Shown here: piece after piece, positions 23,819 to 37,933 of the stretch
Position numbering within the stretch: the stretch's first letter is position 1
How the letters are laid out: every line of letters starts with the position of its first letter
NCBI GenBank assembly: GCA_032718475.1
Contig: JAUCBJ010007908.1
Span: forward strand, 31,626 to 95,625
Source: Nemertoderma westbladi
Taxonomy: Eukaryota > Animalia > Xenacoelomorpha
DNA length: 64,000 nucleotides
Reading direction: 5' to 3'
The notes under the pieces: generated by a model
Databases searched by the model: none
What the model saw: the letters and a program-made list of their open reading frames with translations, nothing else
Told to the model about the DNA's origin: nothing
Made by a program: the position numbers and the translations under genes

Positions 23819-24390
23819 AATTTGTAGGCTGAGCTGTTGTCTGATTGTTGTTAAGTCTGAACGGATTGCAGTGTGTGTAGATCACCTGTCCGATAAAGAA
23901 CGGTTAGGAAGTAGGGGCAGCCAAAGCTGTAAGGTAAACCCCCAACTAAAGAATAAGTCGTACTACTGGGTTAGAACGCATACTACCTAATCATTTCGGA
24001 GTCTGCATGTCCTGTAGTTTATTTAGGCTTGAGAGTAGTCTGCCATCGTTTAGTCTGTACTTTGTTTGTGTAGTCTGTACAGGTAGCGTATAATATTTAT
24101 TTAGATAATTTGTAGGCTGGATAGTTGTCTGGCTGTTATTAGGTCTGAAGGATTGCAGTGTGTGTAGAGCCTCTGTCCGATAAAGAACGGCTAGGAAGTA
24201 GGGGCAGCCAAAGCTGTAAGGTAAACCCCCATCTAAAGAATAAGTCGTACTACTGGGTTAGAACGCATACTACCTAACTCATTTCGGAGTCTGCATGTCC
24301 TGTAGTTTATTTAGGCTTGATAGTAGTCTGTCAGTATTTGGTCTGCATTTTGTTTGAGTGGTTTGTACGCGTAGCGTAATATTTATTATT
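23819..24390. repeat. ~287-bp tandem duplication in the BEL 5' leader
   Basis: cgtactactgggttagaacgc at 23959 and 24246, with homologous flanks. Confidence 0.85.
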
Positions 24391-25707
24391 CAGAGTTTAT
24401 GCGATTATTCGCAACATTCATTCCCCAAGTTTGTTCCTACAATAATTGTGTTTGTTATACATACCGCTATAGTTAAATTAACCCCGGTACTACACGGGCT
24501 GCTTGGCGTAGGTAAAGACTGGTGATTTTGTGCACCGGTCACTCCAGCAGATGCCGTGGTTCTTTTAGCTGTTCAAGTATATTTAACTACTGATTATCTG
24601 TTGTACAAGTACTCGTACCTAATTTAGGGTTTAGTGTACAGTGCTTTCCGAAAGTAATTAGTGTAGGCATTATATTTGTGTTGTAAAGTGGTTGATAGGC
24701 ACGTTCGATTAGCTCTATTAACTTCTAGGTAGGAACACTCCGTGATACATAACGTAGTACCTATAGCGATACGGCTATAGGTCGTCAGGCGGTGGTATTT
24801 TCCTATCTGGACAACGCAGTGTATTTACTACTACGTATTATTTTCAAATACCGCAGTACCCTGTCCGTTGTAATAACCAGAATTCTAACCCTTTGTTAGG
24901 CTGGTTTGTAGACTTCTTGTAAAATTACCCTGAAAATTCGTATTTTGTGTTTTTTGTAAATTTTTGTGTTTATTTAGAGATTGTAATCTCAACCCGAATC
25001 GTACGTAATTTGTAGTATTAAGTAACTTAGGTAAATTAGAATTATTTGTTTTAGTGTCCTATAAGTAACACTTCACTGAAAGCGCACCGCTTTGTGTAGT
25101 GATTACTCCCCAGAAATAATAACATTTATTTCAAACATTGACAAAACCCATTAAAACGGGTATATATATATTATAAATCAAATCTAACGATTTATAAATA
25201 GTAGGCCTACCATACAACCATTAGGTCTCAATATCAGTTGGATTACTGCTCAAATAACAGTATAAAGTAAGTAAAGTAACCAAGTAACCCTAAAATTCAG
25301 GAATTCAATTATTTAAAATAATTGATATACCGGTATTTACGATAGGCCTATTATCTTTATTTCTATAAATTTAGGCTGAAATTATACCGGTACTTGTAAT
25401 TAATTCTAGTCCAGAATTATATATACTACAAACTGTAAGCTGTATACCGGTATTCCCGATAGGCCTATTATATATTTATATATATTTGTGCTAAAATTAT
25501 ACCGGTATTCTGTGATAAACCTAGTCTGTAATAATACTTATATAGTTATATATACTATAAGCATACCGGTATTCTAATATATTATATATATCACGCTACA
25601 CTGAGTAGCAGTACCGGTAATTAATTACTAGGCTAGCAGTTAACTCTGAATTACTAGACTTGCTTAAACTGTAATATAGCAGTAGGCATTCAACTGTGCA
25701 AACCAAC

Positions 25708-28700
25708 ATGTCTGATACTAAACAGAACCTGTCAGACAGTTTATTAGATGTAACTATCTGCGACTCAGATAGAGGCGTAGAACCGTCTAGTCGTAAGTTC
25801 AGTTCACCTCCCACTGTGAGGAAGGTCATCCCTCCTGTAGTAATAACAGAACCTAGGCTGGTCCAACATCGTAGGTCTATCATAGGCACTCGAGCTCAGG
25901 TCAAGCGGGACCAAGAAGCAGCAGAACAGCAACAACCCGCGAGCCAAGAACTTACTTCTCAACGGCCCAACAGCTCCAGTAGTGAGGATACTGTAGAACT
26001 GACACCAGAACGCGGAGCAAAGATGATGGATGCGGTTTATTCGGATCCCCTTCTCATCCTTCCTGCAGCCGTACTCACTAGGTTATTGATTGCGGTGGAA
26101 GAACACCAGATCGATTGGGCGAGAAGTCAGCGATCAACTAGAGATAGTTATGCGGGATACACGAGGGAAGAACTGAAGTCTATTGTCGAGTCGCAATGGA
26201 ACTTCCCCGGACCCGGACTCCCGTTTGATTTATCAGAAGCTGCCTGGGAAGACATACACCGGATGGGAGTAGCCAAGGAAACCATCGATCCAGCTGTGTG
26301 GAAGAGGTCCGCAGCCGGATACGCACAGGGATTCTTCAGCTCTATGGAGCGAGTAGAAAAACAACTGTTACAACAACCTCAAGGACCTCAAGAGTGGGGA
26401 CAACTGCTTTATCAAGTTAGAGAAAGAATTCTGCGAATTAGGCTAATATTATCAGCCTTTGAAGAGGCTTCTAAAAGAAGACAAGACACGTCGTTGCAAG
26501 TTGCCGTAAAGACTTGGTTTCAACGGGTGAGTCGCCAGGTTCAAGGAACAGCTCAGTGGAAAGATCAGCTGGAGGAGCGCTCAACCCATGGAGAATCAAC
26601 AGACGCTACTTTTTCCCAAGTGGAAAGTGAAGCGACGGCAGAGAAACCGCATAAGAGGGATGCCATTGACATCTATCTGTCAGACTATCAACGTTTTGTA
26701 GGAGATGAAGAGTTGAGGAGAAGGTTAGCGGGACTTAGTCCTAATAGTGAAGGAGCCCAGCGTGTGTTGGATGCAATTGATGTGGATAGGTTAGCGGCGA
26801 ACCAAGCTAAATTCGATGAACAACTCCGCATCGCTAGAGACCAAGAAGAAAAAGTAAGGAAAAAACGTATAGAAGACAGAAAGATAGCAGCAGTGGCAGA
26901 GGCAGAAAGAAAAGCGACCTTGGCAGCGGCAGCAGCAGAAGCAGAGGCAGAGGCAAAAGCGGCAGCAGCGGCAGCGGCAGAGGCAAAAGCGGCAGCGGTG
27001 GCGGAAGCAGAACGGAGAGCGGCTGAAGAGATCGCCCAACTGGAGTTGGAAAATCTTCAAGAGAAGCAAGACGACTTCAGTAAACAGTTAACAGCTAGTA
27101 ATATGCAGATGATGAATCGATCTACTCCCAAAAGACAGGGTTATACATCATCTGAGGAAGGCGATACCACCGACACTGAAGGCGGAGGAAATCGATCTCG
27201 CCTAAGCAGACGTAAAAGAACATTCCACCATCAGAAATTGCCTGATTTGCCTCCAGCTGTTAGAAGGCAACTAAATAACACCAACTTAGCGAGTACAGAA
27301 CCCACAGACCAAATAATTACAATAGAGAGACTCCCTACTATAGTAGATGAGCCTGAAATAATTAGGCCTGTTCCTGAAGCTACCCTTTCGGTCGTAGAGA
27401 CACCTGTACTCCCTGAACCTACCTCTCAATTCCCGTTGCACAGCACTAAGCTACCTGTGCCCAGCAGAACAGCCCATGAGACAGTTCATGCTCTGGACTC
27501 CGAGCGAAATATTCATGATTTGTCGCCCGTTGTCCCTCGTCCGCCCGCTACAACGTTGGCGGATCCCGTTTCGGCGGTTGATTGGGTGGACGAGAGACGG
27601 CGGGGGATGGACATTCTCCTCGGAAAGATGGAGGAGAATCAAAGGCGCTCCTCCCAACAGGTCCGAGAGTTAGAAGGGACTGTTCAACAGTTAAAGGGAA
27701 CCGTAAAGGAAAGTAGGTTAGAGTTGCAGGAAGTGCAGCAAAATATTGCACTAGAACGTGATAAATTAGTAAATTTACAAAAGGGTATACCACCACCCCT
27801 TGTAACAATGTGTCAACCTGTTAGGTCTGAAGTATCTCGTGCGCAAGGTGTGGAGCCTACACGCATCTATACTGCTAGCGAAGTAGAAACTCCTATAGTG
27901 AACCCTATTAAGGGTAATTATAGACCTGTTGATAATGATATTCCCTATAGACCGGATCATAATCCGAGAAATTTATATACCGATAACTCGATATTAAATA
28001 ACATGATGGCCCAAGAAAGTTTTACGCGTCAAATGGCTAGAACCGAAGCCCGGCAAGCGGTAAAAGTGGGAGAGATCGTCAAGTTCAATGGAGATGAGAT
28101 GAAATGGTTACCTTTTAATGAATATTACAAAGATAACATACAGAACTCTGTCCTATCTAATGGAGAGAAACTAAGATTCCTCATCGAGTGCTTGGAAGGA
28201 TCTCCCAAGTTAATGGCGTTAAAGTTTATTGGACATCCAGACGGATTAAGACAAGTTTGGGATACACTAAACATCAGGTATGGTAATAGGAATAACATAG
28301 CTGGGTATTTGTATGCAAAGTTGGTAGCGCCCCGAAAGTTTATTAGCAGCGGAATTATAGAGTTTTCCGATGAGATTCAGGAGATCTGTAGACAATTAGA
28401 TTGGCTAGGTAAGTCTCATGAGTATCAGAATGCTATGGTTATTAGAGCAGTGGCTTCTACTTTACCGAAGGGTGGAGTAGGTACACGCTGGGATAAGAAA
28501 GTGTTATATATGATGGAACAACAACGACGAGACCCTACCATGGCTGATCTCATGTCATTCCTAGATGGAGAAGTGAAATTACAGCTCCTGAAACTGTCCA
28601 GAGAGAAGACACCGGAAAACAAGGTAAGTGAAAAACCCGTCTCTAGGAGAAAGATAACACCAGTGTGTTATACAGACGACGGCGAAAGCCAGACTTCTCA

Positions 28701-31700
28701 AGGAGAAGATAGCGGGAAAGACACTGATAGATCTTATTACGTAAATAAAATGCCTAAAGATCAGGTAAGTAAATTCAAGTCTCGAACAAATGACAGGAGA
28801 GAACAGGTAAGAAAAACTCCTCCTACGTCTCCCAAGAGAATTCAGGTGAGAAAGCCCGAAGAAAAAGCAAGTGTACACAATGTGACTCAGAGTAAGGTGA
28901 GTAACATCAAACCGAAATGTGCGCTATGTGACGGGACCCATCGCTTAAATATGTGTGATGAATTTCTAAAGAAATCATTAACTGAGAGACGTGACGTCAT
29001 GTGGGATAAGCGGTTATGTTATAATTGCCTCAGACAAGGACACCAACGGCGAACCTGTTACTCTGACATAAGGTGTGCAAAGTGTGGTGCGAAACATCAT
29101 ATCTTGTTGCACGCTGAATTCGAGCGAAATAGTCCGAATCAGGTAAGTGATTCCGAACTACATGTCCAATTCAGTGATGTGAACGACACTGATCAATCTG
29201 AGATGGAAGGATTCTATACGGACGAGTTCTCCGACGAAAACGAATCCTGTTACATGATAAATACCGCAGTGTATCGAGCACTCACATATGAAAAAGATAC
29301 AGACAGCGACTTCACTCTAACTACTTCTGATCGACAACCATCTTGGAAAGAGCCATCTTCCAATGTAGGGATCCGAGAGTTTCCTGTGGTGCAGATAAGG
29401 GTTCACGGACCTAAACGGAGTTATGTAGTGAACGCCCTCCTTGACTCCGGTAGTACAGGAACATTCATCAACAAAGAGCTAGCCGAAGACATATTTTCTG
29501 GACAACCCATGTTCCGAACTAAGCTAAACATGTCAGGCATTATGCAAGTTTGGAAATCTACATTAACAGCGGATTATTATGTAGGCGCGTTGTCCACCCC
29601 CCAGGACGAACTAGGAGAACATAGCATAAGGTCAGTGAAAATGGTAGCTATAAAGAACTTCGCTACTACTCAAGCAGACCTTTATAATTGGGACGAGGAT
29701 GAGAGCATCCAACATCTTAACATACCTCGATTCCAGACTGATTATCCTGGAGTGCAAATACTCATCGGCCAAAACGCGCATGAGGCGCTGGAGACATTAG
29801 AGAAACGGCCTGCTCAACCGCAACCACTACAGATCTATGCGGTAAGAACTAGAGTAGGTTGGTACTTTACTGGCCCTTCCCGTGGAACACTCAGAGAAAG
29901 ACTACCGCAAGAGCGCGTCTGCCAGGTGAGTGAATGGGAAGATGATACTAGTGAGGGAGACGATTTAACTGAGGGAACCCCATACTCCTCAGATAACGAC
30001 GACGTTCACCAGCTTTTTGATGAGGAGAATACCATCGATCTCCTTAAGGAAAACGAGGCTTGGCAAAACCAAGTGAACTAATTCTTCAGCTAAAGAAATG
30101 TATCAAACACAGCTAGAGAAATTTATTAGTAAGGGATACGCGGAGAGAGTACCGGAAGAAACACCTGTGACTGAAAGAACGTATTACTTAACTCACCATT
30201 ACGTTCCTAAACCCGGTAAACCACATGAAGTGAGAGTAGTGTTTGATGGCTCCGCTCTTTACATGGGTCAATCCCTTAACTCTGAATTGTTACCCGGACC
30301 CAACTTACTTCAATCTTTGTTGGGAATTCTTTTAAGATTGAGACAATATTCGATTGCTTTCGCCTCCGATATAGAAGGCATGTTCTTACAAGTCAAAGTG
30401 TTAGATAGGGATCGAGATAGTCTACGATTTCTGTGGTGGCCCGAAGGAGACCTCAACCAGAAACCGGTGGAGTACTGGATGACCATCCAGGCCTTTGGGA
30501 TAATCTCAAGCCCTTCCAACGCCTGTTCGGTAGTGCGTACCACTGCAGAGGACAATCGAGAGGCCTTCTCTAAGGAAGTGATCGACAACATCAAGTGGGA
30601 CATATACATGGACGACAATCTGAAGTCCCTTCCATCAGTTGAGGAAGCCATTGAGGTCGCTAAAGGAACGGTAGAGTGCTTAAAAAGAGGTGGGTTTCGA
30701 TTAACGAAATTCACCAGCAACTCCCGTGAGTTTCTGGAGTCGATCCCTGCGGAAGATCGAGGGGCGAAAGATCTAGATTTGATCAAAGATGATCTGCCAG
30801 AAACCAAGACACTCGGCTTGAAATGGGACACAGAGCGAGATATCCTGTTTTTTCAGCTAAAACAGCGAGATAATCCAGTTCGAACCAAACAGATTTGCTT
30901 AAGTATACTGAGCACTTATTTCGATCCATTGGGATTTATTAGCCCAGTTATATTGATTGCTCGTAGTTTGGTACAACAAATGTGGCTTGAAAACCACTCA
31001 TGGGACGATCCACTTAAGGGAGAATTATTAAAGAAGTGGATGAAATGGGAAGATTCTCTGCCGGCTATCGAGGATTTTATAATTTCCCGTTCATATTTTG
31101 GTCATGTTCTCCCTACGTATTCCTATCAACTCCATGTGTTTGGAGACGCCAGCGATATGGGAATAGGTATAGTAGCCTATCTAAGAGTGGAAACTCTGGA
31201 TGGAATCAAAGTCGCCTTGGTTACTTCTAAGGCATTAATCAACAACAAGTTGAAAGTTCCTCGAGCGGAGTTAAAAGCGGCTCTATACGCTACAGCCATC
31301 GGCCGGAATGTAACAGAACAGATTGACTATCCATTAGAGAAAACTGTCTATTGGACCGACGCTTTACTCGTGTTAGAGTATATAACCAATGAAGTCTGTC
31401 AGTTCAGCGTCTTCGTTACCAACAGAGTAGCCATCATACTTAGTCGCACGACGATGGACCAATGGAGACATTGCCCCGGAACGATTAATCCAGCAGACAT
31501 CGCTTCCCGAGGAGCGACTCCAAAGGAATTGGTAAATACTCCCGAATGGTTAGGTGGACCCGACTTTCTCTACCGAGAAGAAGAAGAATGGCCTCCCCAT
31601 CTCACAACAGCAGAGATCAGACAGGCCAAGGGAGCGGAGAAAGTTAAACCCAAAACTCGAGCGAGTAAATCGAAGTTGTTTAAACCTGCGGTTGATCTAT

Positions 31701-33490
31701 CTGTATTATTTACTTCCGGAGAGGATGCTTTGGATCAGAAACCCACCGCCACGACTAAAGAAGTCTTGGAAATCCGTGACAAGGATTGGAAATCTGGAAT
31801 ACCAGATATCGCGCAAGGACTCTCACCCCTCTTGCAGAGAGCGATACGTCACTACAGCTCCTGGAATCGGCTCTGTAAAGCCGTCACCTATTTAAAACGA
31901 TGTTTTCATCATCGTTACTCCGGGACAAAGACCAATAGTGATGATGCTCCATCAACGTCTGCAAGAGTCCATGTTGTTAAAGATCTTCCCAAATACAAGA
32001 TATCCGACAGGTTTCTAAAGGAGAAGATCAGTTACCAGGAGCATGATGAAACCAACAAACAGATGCTGAGACTCCTACAATGCTATGAAGATCCCGATAA
32101 GTATTTCCTGTTGTTAAGAAATCCGCAGATGCGCTTAAGGGATCGCTTCTCGAGTACCATGATAGATGGGTTAATCCGTGTTGGAGGCAGGCTTACCAAC
32201 GCCCCATTATCCTTTGACACTAAATTTCCCATACTCATTAGAAATCTTGACATACAAATCAAGATGATTGTAGATGTTCATAGCAAACTGTATCATGCTG
32301 GAAGAGAACGAGTTCTGAGCGAAATTCGAACTCGCTTCTATTTTTATAAACCCCGTAGGGCTCTGAACCAAGTCCTTAGGAACTGCATACCCTGTAGGAA
32401 AGCATTCAGTAGGCCTTTGACACAGCGAGAGGCAAAATTACCTAGGGAAAGAGTAAGCTTCTACGAACCACCCTTTACTAATACCGGTGTGGATTTATTT
32501 GGCCCTATTGAAGTATATCGTGCCCGGACGATAGTCAAGAGATGGTGTGTCATCTTCGTTTGTATGACTTGTAGAGCTATCCATCTCGATATGGTAAACG
32601 ATCTATCCACCAACAGCTTCGTGTTGAGTTTACGACGACAGATCGCTCGTTTCGGAACCAGTAACACGATGAGATCGGATAAGGGAACGAACTTCATTGG
32701 CGCCCACAACGAAATTCAAGCTTACGTAAAGGACTGGAACAAAAGACAGGTGGACGATCAGCTAAAGATAACAGCGTCTAGCTGGACCTTCAACGCCGCC
32801 GACGCCCCTTGGTGGGGAGGAAGTTGGGAGAGATTGATTAGGAGCGTGAAGACTGCGTTCCACTTTATTGTACCTTGTCGCGCTTATCTCACCGACGAAC
32901 TATTGCGGACATTAATGGAGGAAATCGCCGCCTATCTCAACGAAAGACCGCTTATGCCAGTCTCTTCAAGTCCTGATTCCCTGGAAGCGCTAACACCCGC
33001 GCACTTTCTACTGAAGAAACCCGTAGCCATGCTCCCACGATCGGAGATCACAGACGGAGACGAGTACTGCCGTCAAACCTGGCAACTTATGCAGTTGCTA
33101 TCCCGTCGTTTCGCTGACCATTTCGAGAAACATTACCTGCCCACTCTACAACTTCGAACTAAGTGGTTTGCGCAGCAAGAAAACGTCAGCGCTGGAGACA
33201 TGGTGCTTATTGTGGACCCCGATCTCCCACGTAAGCGATGGCAAACAGGACGTATCATCGAGACTTATATCTCGAGCGATGGTTTGGTGCGATCAGTAGA
33301 ACTCGTCGTCATGCGGCGTAACTTTAAGAAACCAGGGATAGTCTTTGAGACTCAACAGCTCAACTGCCCAGTGGGTCGTTTATGTTTACTGGAAAGAGAC
33401 AGAGAGCTCTCCGGAAACTATGGAAGGCAAGAAACTCTTCCCACGACCACTTCCCTAATCCAACCGACATCTAGGGACTCCCCAACTTAA
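25708..33490 (+). pseudogene. BEL/Pao gag-pol, copy 2; open except for one ~322-bp frameshifting deletion at ~30080
   Basis: ORFs 25696-30081 (Gag-protease) and 30098-33490 (RT-RNase H-integrase). The sequence matching 5871-6192 of copy 1 is missing, with CT microhomology at the junction. Confidence 0.93.
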
Positions 33491-34933
33491 TATCGTTCGG
33501 AGTGGGCGTGTGACTCTATTATTTTATATTATTTAATTATTTTTATATTTATGTATGTATTACTATGTAATTTTATTATAATCGTTTTATTTAATTTAGT
33601 AGAATATTATTTAGCGATTATTTAGTAGAATAGTGCAATATATTCGTGTTTATTGCGTACGTAATTACTTATATTATATTTAGTGTGACGGTGAGAAACA
33701 AGTGTTTTTCTCTTTCCTTACTGTCCGTATTATATTATAAATACGTAACTACAGTAAGATGAAATGTCCGTACTTATTAAAGTACAATAAAGCCACTACT
33801 ATATTCAAGTATTATTGGTAGGCAGAGTATTAGGAATGCAAAGTTCAGATCCTCGTGTCTCGGCTAAACCAAGCTCTGGGTAGACCTTGGAAACGACTTG
33901 CCTCTTCACACTGACATTGCTTCGTGCGATATTGCTCTCATACCGTATATTAAATAATACATATAGTAGCGTGATGTCCCTTTAACAGTAGCATATAACG
34001 CAAAATAAATCTGTTAAACCCTTTGACCATCTGTAATTCTAGTCGATTAAGATATCGCGGCACCCACCGATATACTTGAAAGACAAATTCTAGAATCAGT
34101 GGTTAACGTCCCCAGACAAGTTCTGGAATAAATCGGTGCCCATCTCAAATATTAATTATTTAATATTTGCAAATCTAATAAATCAAAATCTGTAAAATTC
34201 AGATCCTTCAACAATTCTAGTCAATTAAGATATCGTAGCATTTACCGATATTCTTAAAAGGACAATTTTCATAGAATTAAGGATCTTGTGTCCCCAGACA
34301 TGTTCTAGACTCAAAATATGTCCATTTAATTATCAAATAATAAAATTTCAGGGAATAAATTTAAATTCATGCCTTTTAATGAATTTAATAAATTGCCATT
34401 TTTACGCAATTTATAACATTCCCAAAATTCCATTAATTAATAGATCAAGGGAGCGGAGATTTGTCTTATTATGAGTATGAGTGTGCGAAAGTCTCCCAAA
34501 CATGGTCAATAGCCGATAAAATTCATAAAGTCATGTATCAAACAGGACATTGACTATTAAAGAATTACTATTAAATAACATCCCAGATCTGTATGCATTG
34601 GAATTACCCTAATTCTACCGCTAGCTTTGCATAATGTCACCATGGCAACAACCACGCTAGAATTAGAATTGAGTTAAAAGAACAATAGAAAGCTTGTCCC
34701 ATTGAATAGCATAGGGAATAAATAGCGCACTGCTAGTATCCAAGGATACATAATAATACAGTGACATTCTGGAAGGCATTGACTAACGGACAAATGGCCC
34801 GAATGTGCGTAGTTGTGACCAGTTGTGTGGTATTTGTGAGTTTATAGGTGAATGTTACTGCTAAAGTGTGTTTACAGTAGCTAGTCGCAATCGTGAAAGT
34901 AACCTAACTCTCCAAGGAAAACCTGAAGTACAT

Positions 34934-35094
34934 CTAAGCCTTTGGGACGGACAGTGGAGTGACTTGTGCCGGTTGTCATTGTCGTTGTGCGGCTACGTCG
35001 TTGGCGAAAGTACAGCGGCGACGACACATCGGCGCTGAGGATCTCGCACTGTCTGGGGGCTGATTGGGGTAGGCAGCGACGCTCGCTAGCCTAA
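34934..35094 (+). other. Conserved structured RNA element, copy c (upstream of ORF3 in BEL copy 2)
   Basis: Homologous to copies a and b; inner stem tgtcattgtcgttgtgc/gtacagcggcgacgaca. Confidence 0.75.
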
Positions 35095-35137
35095 ATATAA
35101 ACTCATTATAATATTAATAAACTCATATATAGCAGAT

Positions 35138-36655
35138 ATGACGGAGTTGATAGAAGATGGTCTTGGTATCAGGGAGCGATATACTCTACTTTCAAGCATT
35201 TGTTGATAGCTTGATACGCGGTGATACTAGTCCAACTACTACGGAGGATGATGGTCGTTATGTCGAACCTACGATTTCCTGGAAATAACTTACGCGTGAA
35301 TTGGACTATGGAAAATTCACCGCTCGCTATACGCATCGTAATGGTACGTGTATGGACTTCTTGACTACTGGTCATCCTATTGATTTGCGCGACACCGACG
35401 ATGTAGACACCGAAAGGGAAATGGTTTTATTTAAATATCATACCCAGCGGAGTCGAAACGATAAATCGAGAATAGAACACGAGAACTCTATTCGAAACAG
35501 ACTCGAGAGGGAAGACGTTGAAGAGCCTGATGGACGTCGCGACTTCAACGACTATCTAGAATTCCTAAGAGAGACCTATCTCAATATTGCCAGTCAACAA
35601 AACCTCGAAACTCGATATCCTCAAGGTATACATCCGGACCCTATGATGGAGCTCAAACGGCTCTATTTTGCGGTGGTGTGTCTTACCGCCAGTCGGCCGC
35701 TGCCTGTCGTTCCGGGTGGCTTCGAGCGGATGGGGGGGTGTTGTGGGGCTGGAGAGCGATCACCCGCGTTTCCCCTTCGGGGCGTGCGTCTTTGGTGTTG
35801 TTGCGATAGATGCCCTGGACTCAGCCGATAGACGGAAAGACATAAACATCCACGGAAACGTTGTGTTAAACACAGTTGTGCTTGTTATATTTACTGGAGT
35901 TTCGAGCGAAACTTGTTTGACGTATCACCTATGCTCACTCTGCTCGAACGATCCTGGAGTAAACCTACGATCAGAGTCCCGGAATACTCGGTCAAACCTC
36001 CTCGTTCCTTGGTTGGACCTCGGACCTGCGATCCTGGTGGTGTCGCGGATCCTCGCGGATTGTATTCACTGTTCAAAGATCTAGTGCTACCCTAACAATT
36101 AATCGGTAACACTCCGACAGTGATTTCTAGCTAGCCGCCCATCTTACCTAGCCGGATTGTGACGCGGACACCTAATATCACTATCCAACCGTATGGTCGT
36201 CCCCGTTTAACGCGATACAACCCTTCATCAAGGTGAAGGAGAGCGTTGTACGAAACGAGTTAAACGCTATTCTATAAAGATCAAAAAAGAAATCTGCGTT
36301 TGTTCAGATAAACGTAAGTTATAACAGTAAGTCCAATCGATAAACGAATTAGCCCTATCTCAGTTCGATTGGGAAATCTCGAATCTCTAAGAAGATATCA
36401 AGCTTAGAAAACCCTATTCTCTGCGAGAGTTTTGGACGAACGTATCCCATGACAAGCGGAGGAAAATCAGCTCGAGGAGAAGCATATCGAACTGGACGAG
36501 ACACCGACCGTAAACCCAAACCTTCTAATGCAATTGTATTGCACCCTTTACCCAGGAGTTATAGCCTTCCTAGTAAAGTGGCTCGCCCTAAAGAGAAAAG
36601 GACTCTGGCTAGCCTCGGGAAACTGCGTAAACGCCGTCCGCGCAAAGAAAACTAA
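35138..36655 (+). pseudogene. BEL accessory ORF3, copy 2, frameshifted, with a different central segment
   Basis: Starts MTELIEDGLGIRERY, shares RYTHRNGT...KYHTQRSRNDKSRIEHENS with copy 1, ends AIVLHP...KLRKRRPRKEN. Several frameshifts and stops. Confidence 0.75.
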
Positions 36656-36733
36656 CTGTTTAGAGTATCTTTATGTTTTAGAAACTGTGATTTTTATATT
36701 TTATAGACTGAAAATCCCATTTTCTGGGAGCGG

Positions 36734-37933
36734 TGTAAAAGCCTTTGCTGAATTGCCCCGTTATTTTTATTATCTTTTACATTAAAATACTCTGTAGTTG
36801 ATTTAATAGGTGTAAGAGACCGTATTATTGCTGTATCGGTGTTTTTTAGAGGATCTAAGAGCTATTTCCTCTGTATGTGTACTGTGAAAGGCATAGTTGA
36901 TGATTCTATGGCAATTCCGTGACGCAAAAGGTGATAGCTACTCTTGAACAGTAGTTACTATGACGACGGTTAACAGCTGATATTCATACGTGTTGATTTT
37001 CTTTGTTCTACGGCATCTCTCAGTTCAGTCAGCCAATCAGAGCATTTTTTATGGCTCTTGTACAGAAATTTCCTAGAAATCACGCAATGCGTTATGGGCA
37101 GTGTTTACATTCTGTCCTGAGCCAGGAGAGAGCGGCTTGGGAATATTTTGTGCTTTTCTGTTTTAGCCTAACACTAGTAGGCTTAATTATAAGGACATAT
37201 ATCCGTTATCAAACCTTACTTACTGACACTGCATACTGTGTAACACTGTGCATACTTTAAACTGTTATACTGCTATTTACTGTCGGTTCTTCATAATATG
37301 GTTGATGAATTATTATATTTGGAATAACGATAAATAACCCCGAAAACCCAATATTCTTGATATACCGAAGGTAAGAGAGAAAGGTTACATATAACGATTG
37401 TGACTTATGTTAAAGTGGTTTGAAGTGAATCTAATGTTATTTGATAGACCCTACATGATTCGGTCCGTGTTCCTTTTATATGTGACTAAAATCAGTGAAG
37501 ATCGGCAGATCAGTGTGCAGTATTGTGCAGCATTGTGTATGAGTGAGACTGATAACGAAGCATTTCCTAAAGAATGCGCCATATATGTGAATTGTAACTA
37601 AGCCATATCGTTGTGAGTAGTTTAAGTCATAACTCTGTTTTTATAGATAGAGCGCCACGTCCTAAAGGAACTGTTAATATTCCCCGAAGGTGAATAATAT
37701 TGTCAGAGATTATATAATACTGTCAGTCGAATAATACATTAGGCTTACATAGCAATACGATTAAGCCGTCGAACCCAATCTCCCGGGTATATCCAGCGGG
37801 TGAATGATCGCGCACCGATTGGTTTCGACTAGTGTAGTGAATCAAATACTTGTCAGAGGCTTAAAGTGATTTATTATCTAGAAGACATCCTAATTTGGCG
37901 GGTTAAACTGCCAAAGGTCTGAAAGCGCGAACA
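36734..37933 (+). repeat. BEL copy 2 3' LTR
   Basis: TGTAAAAGCC...GCGCGAACA followed by the TSD CTGAA. Confidence 0.96.

Larger units (their letters stand above)
22332..37933 (+). mobile_element. BEL/Pao LTR retrotransposon, copy 2, full length (15.6 kb)
   Basis: LTRs at 22332-23534 and 36734-37933, TG...CA ends, 5-bp TSD CTGAA (22327-22331, 37934-37938), PPT TGGGAGCGG. Confidence 0.97.

Noticed and set aside
29900-30100. Programmed frameshift or separate gag and pol ORFs
   Set aside because: The break in copy 2 is a deletion relative to copy 1, and BEL/Pao elements normally use a single ORF.
1-37933. Segmental or tandem duplication as the origin of the two BEL copies
   Set aside because: Copy 2 has its own CTGAA TSD and the sequences flanking the LTRs differ, indicating independent insertions.
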